Shown in pieces: positions 42,839-52,939 of a stretch of 64,000 bases of DNA. A program made the position numbers and the translations under genes. The DNA is from an uncultured Acidobacteriota bacterium. GTDB taxonomy: Bacteria; Acidobacteriota; UBA6911. The notes beneath the pieces were generated by a model. It did not search any database. It saw only the letters and a program-made list of their open reading frames with translations, and was not told where the DNA came from. Each line of letters opens with the position of its first letter. Position 1 is the stretch's first letter. The DNA is taken from positions 64,001-128,000 of the forward strand of contig CAWJKZ010000009.1 in the NCBI GenBank assembly GCA_963843575.1, in the 5' to 3' direction.

Positions 42839-43282
42839 CTAAAGCAGTTCCGCACAAAACAGAGACTCCTCGGACCCCGCCCTCGAGCTGTCTGTTGACT
42901 GGCTATTTACTGCGAAAGCCCGGTTGATGGTCGAGAGGAAGAGCCGAACGGATACTATGTGCTTATCGCCGCCATGGTCGACCTTTTCAAGAACCATTTC
43001 GCCCGTCTTGGAAGGTGCGTTTTTCGCATGTTTGCCCAGCTCGACAAAGATCAGATGGCCGCTCCCCTCTGCGGATTGCCACAGTTCCTGGAGTCTCCGA
43101 TGCAGCAACCGGTTGGCGCCGTTTTTGACAAACACGATCTCCCGGATCAAATTCCACACTCGAACCTGATGAGGAGAGAGCCGATCGGTGCGGATAGCCG
43201 CCAGAGTTTCGGGAATTTCGGGAGTCACCGTCAGCAACGAAACCGCGAAAATCATCCTCGATAAGATCGATCGGTGTGCCAT
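42839..43282 (-). CDS. Hypothetical exported protein, probably 3' truncated
   Basis: AAGG RBS and hydrophobic N-terminus; no recognisable family. Confidence 0.45.
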   Translation of the reverse strand: MAHRSILSRMIFAVSLLTVTPEIPETLAAIRTDRLSPHQVRVWNLIREIVFVKNGANRLLHRRLQELWQSAEGSGHLIFVELGKHAKNAPSKTGEMVLEKVDHGGDKHIVSVRLFLSTINRAFAVNSQSTDSSRAGSEESLFCAELL

Positions 43283-43516
43283 GGGGCCTTTCCTTCCGCG
43301 GCCTTGTCCTGCCGCGTTCGGCCCCTAATGCGCAGATCGTTCGGAAAGGGGAACATGTCGTCGATCTTCAATAGCTCGCACCGCCGTGGTAAGGCCCAGG
43401 GACATGGAGAGCCGAGCGGGTAGGGTGATCATTCCCTGCGGGGAGGAGAGTCGGAAGATGGGTGTATAATTGCGGACAATTCGGGATCAGCTTCTCACCA
43501 ACTTGGGATTGCCGAG

Positions 43517-44088
43517 ATGCCATCCCCGCACGAAGTCACTCATCTGCTCCAGGCCTGGTGCGGCGGCGACCAGGCGGCCCTGGATAAGCTCGTCCCTCTG
43601 GTTTATGACGAACTGCACAGGCTGGCCCACATCTACATGGTGCGCGAGCGGCCGGGCCACACGCTGCAGACCAGTGCCCTGGTCAATGAGGCCTATCTCC
43701 GGCTCATCGATGCCAACCAGGTTCAGTGGCAGGACCGCACCCACTTTTTTGCCATCTCGGCCAATGTGATGCGCCGCATCCTGGTGCAATTTGCGCGCTC
43801 GCGCGGTTCCCGGAAGCGGGGCGGCGGCGCCGGGCAAGTGGACCTCGACGAAGCGCTCATTCCGTCGCCGGAACGCGATGCCGACCTGATGGCGCTGGAC
43901 GACGCGCTGACTGCGCTGGCCGCGATCGATCCGCGGGAAGGGAGGGTGGTGGAGCTGCGTTTTTTCGGCGGAATGAGCGTGGACGAGACCGCGGAGGTCC
44001 TGCACTCTCGGGCATGATGGTGAAGCGGGATTGGAATCATGCGAAGGCGTGGTTGCTGCAGGAGTTGAAACGAGGGGCGCGCGGATGA
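43517..44088 (+). pseudogene. ECF sigma factor (kinase-associated TIGR02999-like), frameshifted near 44005
   Basis: EVTHLLQAW..ALDKLVPLVYDELHRLA, HTLQTSALVNEAYLRL and VVELRFFGG; VKRDWNHAKAWL in another frame; TGA overlaps the kinase ATG. Confidence 0.88.
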
Positions 44089-46333
44089 GTATCGATCGGT
44101 GGCAGCGGGTCAAGGAGATCTACAACTCGGCCCTGGATCTCGAGCCGGGAGGGCGCGAGGCCTACCTGCGAGAGGCCTGCGGGGGAGACCAGTCCCTGCG
44201 GCAAGAGGTCGAGGCTCTGCTGGCCAACCTGCCGGAGGCCGAGGGATTCATGAAGGATCCCGCAATGGAAGTGGCGGCCCGAGGTCTGGCGAAAGACCAG
44301 GAAAACGCGCTGGCGGGAGAGCTGGCGGGCCGCACCGTTTCGCATTACCGCATCATCGAAAAGATCGGCCAGGGGGGCATGGGAGAGGTATTCCTTGCCG
44401 AGGACACCTCCCTGCATCGCAAAGTCGCGCTGAAATTCCTGCCGCCGGAAATGCAGCGGGATCCCGTCGCCCGAAAGCGCTTCCTGCGGGAAGCCCATTC
44501 GGCCGCTGCGCTGGACAATCCCTACATCTGCAGCATCCATGAAGCCGGCGCGTTCGAAGGCAAGGACTTCATTGTAATGGAGTACGTGGACGGTCAAACA
44601 CTGATGGACAAGCTCCGTCGCCATCTGCCGCTGAAGCAGGTCCTGCAGATCGCCACAGAGGTTGCGGAGGCGCTGGAGGCGGCGCACGGGAAGGGGATCA
44701 TCCACCGGGACCTGAAGCCCGCGAACATCATGCTGGCGCAGACAGGTCATGCCAAGGTGATGGACTTCGGGCTGGCCAAGCAGTTGATTCCGCCCGGAGG
44801 AATCGGCAGCCAGGAAGAGTCGGTGACGGCGCTGACCCGAAGCGGGATGACGCTGGGGACTTTGGCCTACATGTCGCCGGAACAGTTACGGGGGGCGACC
44901 GTCGACGCCCGGTCGGACATTTTCTCGTTTGGCGTCGTTCTCTACGAGATGCTGGCCGGTGTTCATCCCTTCAAGAAGGAGACGGGGATGGACACAGCTG
45001 GCGCGATCCTCAACTCGGCGCCTCAGCCTGTTGGAGAGCTTCGCGCGGATACTCCCGCTCTGATCCAGCACATTGTGAGGAAGATGCTCGCCAAAGATCC
45101 GCAGGATCGGTATTCATCGATGCACGATGTAAAGACCGACCTGAAGGAGTTGATGGAGGAGTCGAATCGGCCGGCACCGGGGTTACGTCGAGGGCTTAAA
45201 CCTATGTGCTGGATTGCCGCAAGCGCATTGGTAGTCGTCGGCGTGGGAATCTGGACGTTTTTCATGTTCGCTCCTCGCGAGATGGCATTACCGCCACCGA
45301 GAATCGTGCCTGTAACAACGTCCGGTGGCGCAAATGCTGACCCGTCACTTTCACCGGATGGAAACTGGATCGCGTTTGTCTGGATGGGTGAAAAGCAGGA
45401 CAACTTGGACATCTACGTCAAAGAGTTGAATGGTCCCGGCTTCAATCGATTGACGACCGACCCGGCAGATGACTGGTGCCCCGCATGGTCTCCCGATGGC
45501 CTCCAGATCGCTTTCCTGCGATCCTCGGGGGATCGATGGATCCTGTACCTCATCAGCCCGTTGGGCGGTGGAGAAAGGAAATTGGCTGAGGTAGGCGGCG
45601 GAAAACTCAGCTGGTCGCCAGACGGAAAGAACATCGCGTTTAACGACAGGAAATCGCCGAAAGATCCGCCGAGTATCTGGTTGCTGTCGGTGGAAACGCT
45701 GGAAAAGAAGCAGATGACCGCCCCAGATGTAAGTTACTACGGCGACCATGGGCCGGCCTTTTCACCCAACGGTCGCTACCTTGCATTCGTCAGGTATATT
45801 GAGAGTTCAAGATCCGCGCTTTATGTCATGGATCTTCCCCGTGGAGAGCCAAGGCTTGTGACGGACTATAACTCTCCTGCGGGGCCATGCTGGACTGCCG
45901 ACAGCCGCGAGATTGTCTTCGCCACTGATCCTGTAACAGGAGAAACGCATTATGAAAGCCCGCCGCGTGATATCGGCATTTATACATTGAAGGCCGGCTG
46001 TCTGGCGACAGCCCAGGGGCTCTGCCCCTGGCCCCGGGATTTTGTGAGGCATGACTCTGGTGTCCGATAGATAAATGAGGCCTCTGACGATTGTTAGTCG
46101 CCAGAGGCCCGATGCACCATCGGCGCACCGTCGGCCTGACTATCCCTTGCCGGGTTGCGTCCCCGCAGAGCCCGACGCCGTTTCGTCAGGCGGGCCCAGT
46201 CTAGCACGTAGGAGATTGCAGTTTTGAAGATTTGGTCGCGAGCATAGAAGACATCATGAAAAGAAGACGCTCCAACAGCGGTAAGATTGGGATCGGTTCA
46301 AGACACCACTCAAAACCGCCAAAGGAGCGTCTG

Positions 46334-47386
46334 ATGAAAAAGTATATCGGCATGGATGTCCACAAAGCAACAACGGTGATAGCGGTTATCGGTGAGTCGG
46401 GCAAAAGGATTACTGACGGCGTGGTGGAAACATCCCCAGAGGCAATCCTGGATTTCATCAACGGGCAGCGCGGGGCGCTGCATGTCACTCTGGAGGAGTG
46501 CGCACAGGCGGCCTGGCTTTATGACATGCTCCGACCTTACGTCGCAGACGTGTTGGTCTGCGATCCACGCAAGATCGCCAAGGCAAGTAACAAGGCAGAC
46601 AAGTCCGATGCTGCGCGGCTGGCGGAGTTGCTTCGCACGAATGCGCTGACGCGAGTCTACCATGGCGAACAGAGCACTCTGGGATTGAAGGAACTCGCGC
46701 AGGGGTACGCCTGTTTAATCGAGGACAGGACCAGGGTCAAAAATCGCCTGAAGGCTTTGTTCCGGGCCCGCGGGATACCTTGTGAAGGCGCCGGAGTCTA
46801 CGGTCTTGAGGAACGGGAGGAGTGGCTGGCGAAACTGGACTCGGCAGCCGTGCGTGTCCGAGCTGGACGACTCTGCAATCAACTTGACTGCGCCGACTGG
46901 CTGTCGATAGAAGCGGAGCAGGAACTGACAGCTGAGGCACGGAAACATCCCGCTACAAAGATACTTCGCAGCATACCTGGAATCGGGTATGTGCGCGCCG
47001 CTGTAATCATCGGCGTCGCTGGTACTCCGCACCGATTTCGAACCAAGAGACAGTTCTGGAGTTACTGCGGGCTGGGTGTACGAACCGAGGCCAGTTCGGA
47101 ATACAAGATGCTCGCCGGGAAGGTCGTTCGATCCAACAGGCGGCCGCTTGTCCGCGGCTTGAATCAAAACTACAGCCGGGCGCTGAAGTCTGTGTTCAAG
47201 AGCGCGGCCAGGACTGTTGCCTCAGGACCGTGGCGGTCATATTTCGAGGCCATGATCGAAAACGGCACCCCTGAATCACTGGCATACCTGACTTTGGCGA
47301 GGAAGATTGCGTCGGTCACGCTGGCACTCTGGAAAAGAGGAGAACGCTATAGCCAAAAGAAACTGAAGATACCGCACGCGGCATGA
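46334..47386 (+). CDS. IS110 DEDD recombinase/transposase
   Basis: YIGMDVHK, TLEE and NKADKSDA (DEDD); LRSIPGIG, RF.TKRQFWSYCGL and LARK; AAGGAG RBS. Confidence 0.95.
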   Translation: MKKYIGMDVHKATTVIAVIGESGKRITDGVVETSPEAILDFINGQRGALHVTLEECAQAAWLYDMLRPYVADVLVCDPRKIAKASNKADKSDAARLAELLRTNALTRVYHGEQSTLGLKELAQGYACLIEDRTRVKNRLKALFRARGIPCEGAGVYGLEEREEWLAKLDSAAVRVRAGRLCNQLDCADWLSIEAEQELTAEARKHPATKILRSIPGIGYVRAAVIIGVAGTPHRFRTKRQFWSYCGLGVRTEASSEYKMLAGKVVRSNRRPLVRGLNQNYSRALKSVFKSAARTVASGPWRSYFEAMIENGTPESLAYLTLARKIASVTLALWKRGERYSQKKLKIPHAA

Positions 47387-47700
47387 AGCGTCTCGAGGAC
47401 CGACTGAGCAGGTCGGCAATGGTATTCAAATTGAAACCCGAACGAGACGCGAGGTCGAGGGTGAGTCTCAAGAACGCCGTTAGGCCCGGAGATGGAGTCT
47501 CCTTGAAACCATAGGCCCCCTCGCATGACCAAATAAAGCAATAGGCTTCCAAGTCTCAGATAGGACCATGGTCGGCAACACGGCCGCTGTGCTTTGAAAG
47601 TCTCGAACGGATTTGAATTCCGCTGCCCCTTGAACAGCCGGCTTCGTATGCATAGTGCATGCGTTATTCCGGAAATGATCGCAGGATCAGCAGGGCAGCA
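47387..47700 (+). ncRNA. Putative bridge/seek RNA in the 3' non-coding end (copy 1)
   Basis: Target-loop strands CGAGACG (47443-47449) and AACGCCGT (47473-47480); donor-loop strands ATAGGAC (47560-47566) and GTGC (47589-47592); each pair flanks an inner hairpin. RNA ends are unknown. Confidence 0.75.
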
Positions 47701-47771
47701 CTGAACGAGCGTTGGCTGGATGTCGTGGACCGAAAAAACGCGCCCTGTTCCTGGGGCGGAAGAGTTTGTCC

Positions 47772-47794
47772 TTGACATCCGCTTTCATAGGACG
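47772..47794 (+). promoter_or_regulatory. Outward -35 (TTGACA) completing a promoter on circularisation
   Basis: The circle junction reads TTGACA-17 bp-CATTAT, with the -10 contributed by the left end (45948-45953). Confidence 0.7.
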
Positions 47795-49087
47795 GCGTTG
47801 TGGCGGATCTTCGTGGACGGCGGAGAGCCTCGCAGAGTCCCGGCACGTGGCGAGCGGGTTCATCAGCCCACGGTCAGCCGGAATCGTCTGGCGTACCGAA
47901 GCCTAACCTATAACTCGGATATTTGGAGAATGGAGCTGACCGGGCAGGGGGCGATGAAACCGCCATCGAAGCCTTTATTCTCCTGGTCGTCAGGTGAGAT
48001 AGACCAGCGTATTTCGCCGGACGGAAGCAGGATTGCCTTCGCGTCCGACAGTTCAGGAAGCTTGGAGATCTGGGTTTGCCATGCCGACGGCACAAAGCCG
48101 ATGAAGCGCACCGAAATGAAAGCCGGAAGCACCGGCAGTCCAAACTGGTCTCCCGACGGCAAGAACATCGCTTTCGATTCCACCAAATCGGGGAATGGCG
48201 ATATTTATGTGGTCAGCGCGGAAGGAGGGCCGGTACGCCGCATCACAACTGATCCAACGGAAGAGGTGGTCCCCCGCTGGTCACGGGACGGTCGCTGGAT
48301 CTACTTCGGCTCGAACAGGAGCGGGACCTGGCAGATCTGGAAGATGCCGTCCGATGGAGGCAAGGCGATTCAGATCACCAAGGACGGAGGCATGGTGGCC
48401 CGCGAATCAGCCGATGGGCAGCTCGTGTACTACCATGGTTACTATAATCTTCAGAAAAAAGGTGTGTGGCGAGTGCCGGTATCGGACGGCCAGGAGACGC
48501 TCGTACTGGACAAAGAGATTGACCCCCATAATTGGGATTTGACAGACCGGGGCATCTACTTCATTGATGGCAGTGGCACCGTCAGCCTATGGCGACCATA
48601 TGCTTCTACGATTTTGCGACCCGGTCCATAAGGACTCTGACTCCTGTCCATGGTGCTCCAGGATTTGTGGGTAGATGAGGGTTTGAGCGTCTCGCCCGAC
48701 GGTAAGTGGCTTCTCTACTCCGGTGGGATCTTCACTTCCGACATCATGATGATCGACAACTTCCGCTGACAGAAGTTATCCACCCATCGCGATCCGTCAA
48801 ATCAGCATGCAGCAGAAGGACGAAACACACTCGATCGGTCTTTGCGCCCAAGGCCTCCGATCGGCTGCCCATCTCGGGTCCTCAGGTTTCTTGGATCGTT
48901 GCTGTCCCGAAGTCCTGTTCACGGAGATCATGCCCGCCAGCCTGAGGCCCCCACCGGGGTCCCGGTCATCTCCGCGAACGCCGTCTCACGTTCTTAACGA
49001 CCGGCGACGACGCGTCAGACTATTTTCCGTCTATGGCTTTGCCACAGGCCGAAAGCAAGCTTTCCTCAATCGCTTTTCCGCTCGATG

Positions 49088-49132
49088 CTAGGCACTTGCC
49101 TAGTTGTCACCGTCGGTCGCCTTCGTTATGGT
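49088..49132 (+). promoter_or_regulatory. CTAGG-N6-CCTAG palindrome abutting a TTGTCA-17-TATGGT promoter-like sequence
   Basis: Read directly; the same palindrome recurs at 50588-50603. Confidence 0.45.
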
Positions 49133-49279
49133 GCCATTAGAACCGATACGGGCCGCCGGTGATGTTTGTCTTGCTCGCGCGTCACATCACCGAAAGCCTG
49201 CTCTCCATTGCTGAGAAGGGACGTTTTCTGGCGGCTCCAGTTTCGGCGATGAGTTCAGACAGCGCACCTAAACCATCTG

Positions 49280-50533
49280 GTGGAGGGCGCGGTGGCGCAT
49301 CGATTCAACGGGAGAGGGATGTCTCGCAGCCATCGGCACCAAAGGGAATGGTTTGCCACTACGCTCCGGAGCATCGGCGACGGCGTTATCGCCACGGACC
49401 GTGAGGGGCGGGTGACGTTCATGAACACGGTTGCGGAATCGCTGACCGGGTGGAGCGAGGCCGAGGGGGCCGGTCGGCCTCTAGCCGAGGTTTTTTCGAT
49501 CGTCCGCGCGGCCACGCGCGAGCCGGTTAGTGGCCTTGCAGAGCGTGTCCTGAGGGAAGGCGCCATCGTCGTGTTCCCCGAGCCCTCGCTCCTTTTGGCT
49601 CGCGACGGAACCGAGCGGCCGGTCGACGACTCGGCAGCCCCGATACGCGGCGAGAACGGGGAGACCATCGGCGTCGTGCTGGTCTTCCGCGACGTATCCG
49701 TAAGAGCGATCGCAGAGGCCGAGCGTGCCCAGTTCCTTGCCCGGGAGAGCGCCGCACTGCGCGAGGCCGAAACTGCCCGACTCGCCAAGGACACGTATCT
49801 CGCCACGATGGCGCACGACCTGCGCACTCCGCTCAACGCGATCCTCGGCTGGTCGAGCCTGCTACGCACCCGGAATCTCGATGGCCCGAAAATGGCCCGC
49901 GCTCTCGAGGTCATCGAACACAATGCGCAGGCTCAGGTGCAACTCATCAATGATCTTCTCGACACCTCCCGCATGGCACTCGGCAAGCTGCGGCTCGAGG
50001 TGCACTCGGTCGATCTGTCGCGCATCATCGAGGATGCAGCAGATGCGCTGCGCCCGGCTGCGGACGATAAGGGCTTGAGCCTGGATCTCGATCTCCAACC
50101 CGCGGACCGTCCTGTTGCCGGCAATACCAGCCGGCTCCGGCAGGTGTTCTGGAACCTGCTTTCGAATGCGATCCGTTTTACCCCGGGAGGCGGCCGGGTA
50201 CAGGTAGCCCTCAGATACACCAGTTCCGAAGCGCTCATCTCAATCGCGGACACGGGTGAGGGAATCCGCGACGATTTCAAACCGCACATTTTCAAACGGT
50301 TCAGCCAGGACGAACGCACGACCACGCCGGAACACCACGGTCTGGGCCTCGGGCTGGCAATTGTAAGCGAAATCGTGAAGCTGCACGGCGGCACAGTCTG
50401 GGCCGAGAGTCGCGGTGCAGGACAGGGTGCGACCTTCAAACTCACCCTGCCGCTCGCTGCGGAGATTCATCGCGGAGAATCCGGAGTCGGAGATGTCCCC
50501 GCCCGCAACGAGGTCGGGTGTGCGGGTCCATGA
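49280..50533 (+). CDS. PAS-domain sensor histidine kinase (start uncertain, possibly truncated)
   Basis: TLRSIGDGVIATD..FMN.VAE.LTGW (PAS); HDLRTPLNAI, QVFWNLLSNA, IADTGEGI and GLGLGLAIV. Confidence 0.85.
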   Translation: MEGAVAHRFNGRGMSRSHRHQREWFATTLRSIGDGVIATDREGRVTFMNTVAESLTGWSEAEGAGRPLAEVFSIVRAATREPVSGLAERVLREGAIVVFPEPSLLLARDGTERPVDDSAAPIRGENGETIGVVLVFRDVSVRAIAEAERAQFLARESAALREAETARLAKDTYLATMAHDLRTPLNAILGWSSLLRTRNLDGPKMARALEVIEHNAQAQVQLINDLLDTSRMALGKLRLEVHSVDLSRIIEDAADALRPAADDKGLSLDLDLQPADRPVAGNTSRLRQVFWNLLSNAIRFTPGGGRVQVALRYTSSEALISIADTGEGIRDDFKPHIFKRFSQDERTTTPEHHGLGLGLAIVSEIVKLHGGTVWAESRGAGQGATFKLTLPLAAEIHRGESGVGDVPARNEVGCAGP

Positions 50534-50583
50534 TCGCTTCAAACGGCCGCATCAGTCTGACCGGCCTCGGGTTCTTCCCCTCC

Positions 50584-50607
50584 AAAGCTAGGCTGTTTCC
50601 TAGCTTT
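50584..50607. promoter_or_regulatory. Palindrome AAAGCTAGG-N6-CCTAGCTTT upstream of the Crp/Fnr gene
   Basis: Perfect 9-bp arms; core shared with 49088-49103. Confidence 0.5.
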
Positions 50608-50934
50608 ACAAACGACCGCTTCCTGCTACGTTAGCATTGGTTGATCCTGCGCCGGCCGCATTGCACAACGAATTGGCGAACCTGCAAAGGCACTCGCGGG
50701 ACACCGACAACCGCGTCAACGGGCGCCCCCCAATCGTTTACACGGAAGCAGGTTGTTACAGCGTCAAGGAGTGCGTCTCAACTTGACGCGGCAACGAGAG
50801 GAGGAATTATGCTGGCAAGCCAGCTAGGTATGATTCCCCTGAAAAACAACGCGAAGCAGCATCCTGCAGCCGCCAGCATGGCAAGGATCAAGCGCGCGGA
50901 AACCAGCAATCTCGATGTTGAGGAACAGCCAGAG

Positions 50935-51600
50935 ATGGAGGCGGTTTTGGATGTGAAGACCGAGCGTGTTGACTGGGAAAGCATTCTCACAGGGATCTTC
51001 CGTGGGAAGACCGTGATCGAATGTGGCATGGACCGTAACGTCTTCCGGCAGGGCCAACCTGCCGATTCATTGTTCTATATCAGGCGGGGCAAGGTGAAGC
51101 TCACGGTTATATCCCAGCAGGGCAAGGAAGCTATTGTTGCCATCGTGGGATCCGGGGAGTTCTTCGGCGAGGGATGCCTCGCAGGTCAACCATTGCGTAC
51201 GGCAACGGCTGTGGCGATGACGGATTGCACTCTCGATAAGATCGAGAGGTCGCTGATGGTGCGTATGCTTCACGAGAAGCACGACATTTCGGAATTGTTC
51301 GTCAAGCATCTGCTTTCACGCAACATCCGCTACGAAGCGGATCTCGTCGATCAGCTGTTCAATTCGAGCGAGAAGCGTCTGGCCCGGATTCTGCTGCTGC
51401 TGGCTCATTTCGGCAAGGAGAGCAGAGCCGAGACCGTACTACCCATGGTAAATCAGGATACGTTGGCGCAGATGGTCGGCACGACCCGTTCGCGGGTCAG
51501 TCATTTCATGAACAAGTTCAGGAAGCTTGGCTTCATCGACTACGATGGCGCCGGATTGACGGTCCATAGCGGCCTTCTCAACGTAGTCCTGCACGACTAG
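50935..51600 (+). CDS. Crp/Fnr-family transcriptional regulator
   Basis: FRQGQPADSLFYI..GKVKL, EFFGEGCLAGQPLR, SEKRLARILL and QDTLAQMVGTTRSRVS; start uncertain. Confidence 0.9.
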   Translation: MEAVLDVKTERVDWESILTGIFRGKTVIECGMDRNVFRQGQPADSLFYIRRGKVKLTVISQQGKEAIVAIVGSGEFFGEGCLAGQPLRTATAVAMTDCTLDKIERSLMVRMLHEKHDISELFVKHLLSRNIRYEADLVDQLFNSSEKRLARILLLLAHFGKESRAETVLPMVNQDTLAQMVGTTRSRVSHFMNKFRKLGFIDYDGAGLTVHSGLLNVVLHD

Positions 51601-51672
51601 CGGCCTTTGGTGTGAGTTGTATTCGGTCAGATGATCAATGCCGGGAAGCGTGGGATATTCAGGGATTGGCGT

Positions 51673-51810
51673 GATGTGCCACCAAGTCGTGCTCGCCGAT
51701 GATTACCCTTCATTTCGGCAATGCGTCAGGGAGATCCTAGCCGAAACAGAGGATCTTGAAGTAGTCGCGGAAGCCGACGATGGTCAAGCTCTGCTCGACC
51801 TGCTGTGTGA
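51673..51810 (+). pseudogene. NarL-type receiver domain, N-terminal relic
   Basis: VVLADDYPSFRQ.VREIL..DLEVVAEADDG. Confidence 0.7.
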
Positions 51811-51814
51811 TGGT

Positions 51815-51947
51815 TCCACCGCTGAACCCGTTCTACGACATGCCGTATAACCCGGACGGCGAGAACTGGGTTGACCCGGGCCTGGGCGGCTTCCTCAAGT
51901 CTGCCGGCTACCTGGAGCTAGATTGGGGGCCCGCGTGGGGCAAGCAC
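51815..51947 (+). pseudogene. Internal relic resembling a cytochrome c peroxidase
   Basis: P.NPFYDMP.NPDG..WVDPGLGGFLK..GKH; resemblance recalled, not searched. Confidence 0.45.
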
Positions 51948-52174
51948 AGGCGATTGCGGAAGCACCGTCCGCGTCAAGATATGTCGCTATAGCTGTTTGC
52001 GGCTCGGCCGAATATCTTTCCTCACGGAGTGTTCAAAAGTGAACAGACAGCGTTCTTGACCGTTGCTTATTATATTGGGGAGGAAGCAAAAGGACTGTCG
52101 TCTGGGCCAATATTGCAGCTTCAGCCCTAATGTACTAACGGTTCCTAGAATGCCAAAGAGAGAGGAGTCGAGGT

Positions 52175-52543
52175 ATGGATAGAGAGGCCAAGTACGGTGT
52201 CGTTTCGGCATCCAAGATCATCGGCGAGGCGGTGATCAATCGCCAGAATGAAAATCTGGGCAAAATCCATGAGCTGGTAATCGACGCCGAGGATGGGCGT
52301 ATGGCCTACGCGGTTCTCTCCTTCGGCGGCTTCATGGGTATGGGGAACAAGCTGTTCGCCATGCCTTGGAAGGCATTCGAGTTCGCCAAGACTGAGAACA
52401 AGCTCGTTCTGAACGTGGACAAGGAGAAGCTGAAGAACGCTCCTGGGTTTGACGAGGCCGCCAAGTGGCCAGATTTCGCGGACAGGACTTGGGGAAGCAG
52501 CATTTACAAATATTACGGCTACGAGCCCTACTGGAAGCCGTAG
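52175..52543 (+). CDS. PRC-barrel domain protein
   Basis: SASKIIGEAVIN..ENLGKI.ELVID..YAVLSFGGFMG..KLFAMPW..LKNAPGF. Confidence 0.92.
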   Translation: MDREAKYGVVSASKIIGEAVINRQNENLGKIHELVIDAEDGRMAYAVLSFGGFMGMGNKLFAMPWKAFEFAKTENKLVLNVDKEKLKNAPGFDEAAKWPDFADRTWGSSIYKYYGYEPYWKP

Positions 52544-52939
52544 GATAAACGATTCGGGCGCTCGCTGATTTCGATGGCCTGGATCGGCGAGCGCGCTGCC
52601 GCGCGTGAGAGCCGTCGCTCAACGGGCGCGACCGGATCTCCATAGCAAAGCCCGACGGCACAGCACGGGAGAGCCTGCTGGCTGTGATGAACCGCCGGGA
52701 CGAGATCACGGCCAGGCTGGCAGATGCCGACCCGGCAGTCAAGGAGAAGCTCGGGGCACTGTACACGGAGTTCTTTCGACTGGCCTAGCCAGCCGGCTGC
52801 GCACCGCCGCAGGCCGGAAGAAAAAGACAGATTACGATCCACATCAGGCTGCTCACAATGGCTCCCGCCGCGGCTTGGCTCCCCCCTTGAAGAGCAAAAA
52901 CAGGCAATTCCCTTCTCAAGTGAAGGAGAGGTATAAGCG

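Larger units (their letters stand above)
45948..47794 (+). mobile_element. IS110-family element (IS1111-like), copy 1
   Basis: Subterminal inverted repeats TATGAAAGC (45951-45959) and GCTTTCATA (47781-47789); ACG shared at both junctions; ends fixed by the kinase frame and by copy 2. Confidence 0.95.
44085..48769 (+). pseudogene. Membrane Ser/Thr kinase with TolB-like PD40 beta-propeller, interrupted by IS110
   Basis: GQGGMGEV, VALK, HRDLKPAN, DFGLAK, YMSPEQ, a TM segment and SPDG repeats. Removing 45948-47794 restores the frame (VTGET-ALWRI). Further frameshifts near 48590 and 48675. Confidence 0.9.

Noticed and set aside
47659-47664. ATGCGT, an exact complement of the donor right half, as the right donor guide
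   Set aside because: It lies in the stem of the hairpin CGTATGCA/TGCATGCG, about 95 nt from the left donor guide. GTGC at 47589-47592 fits the loop geometry better, though this is not settled.
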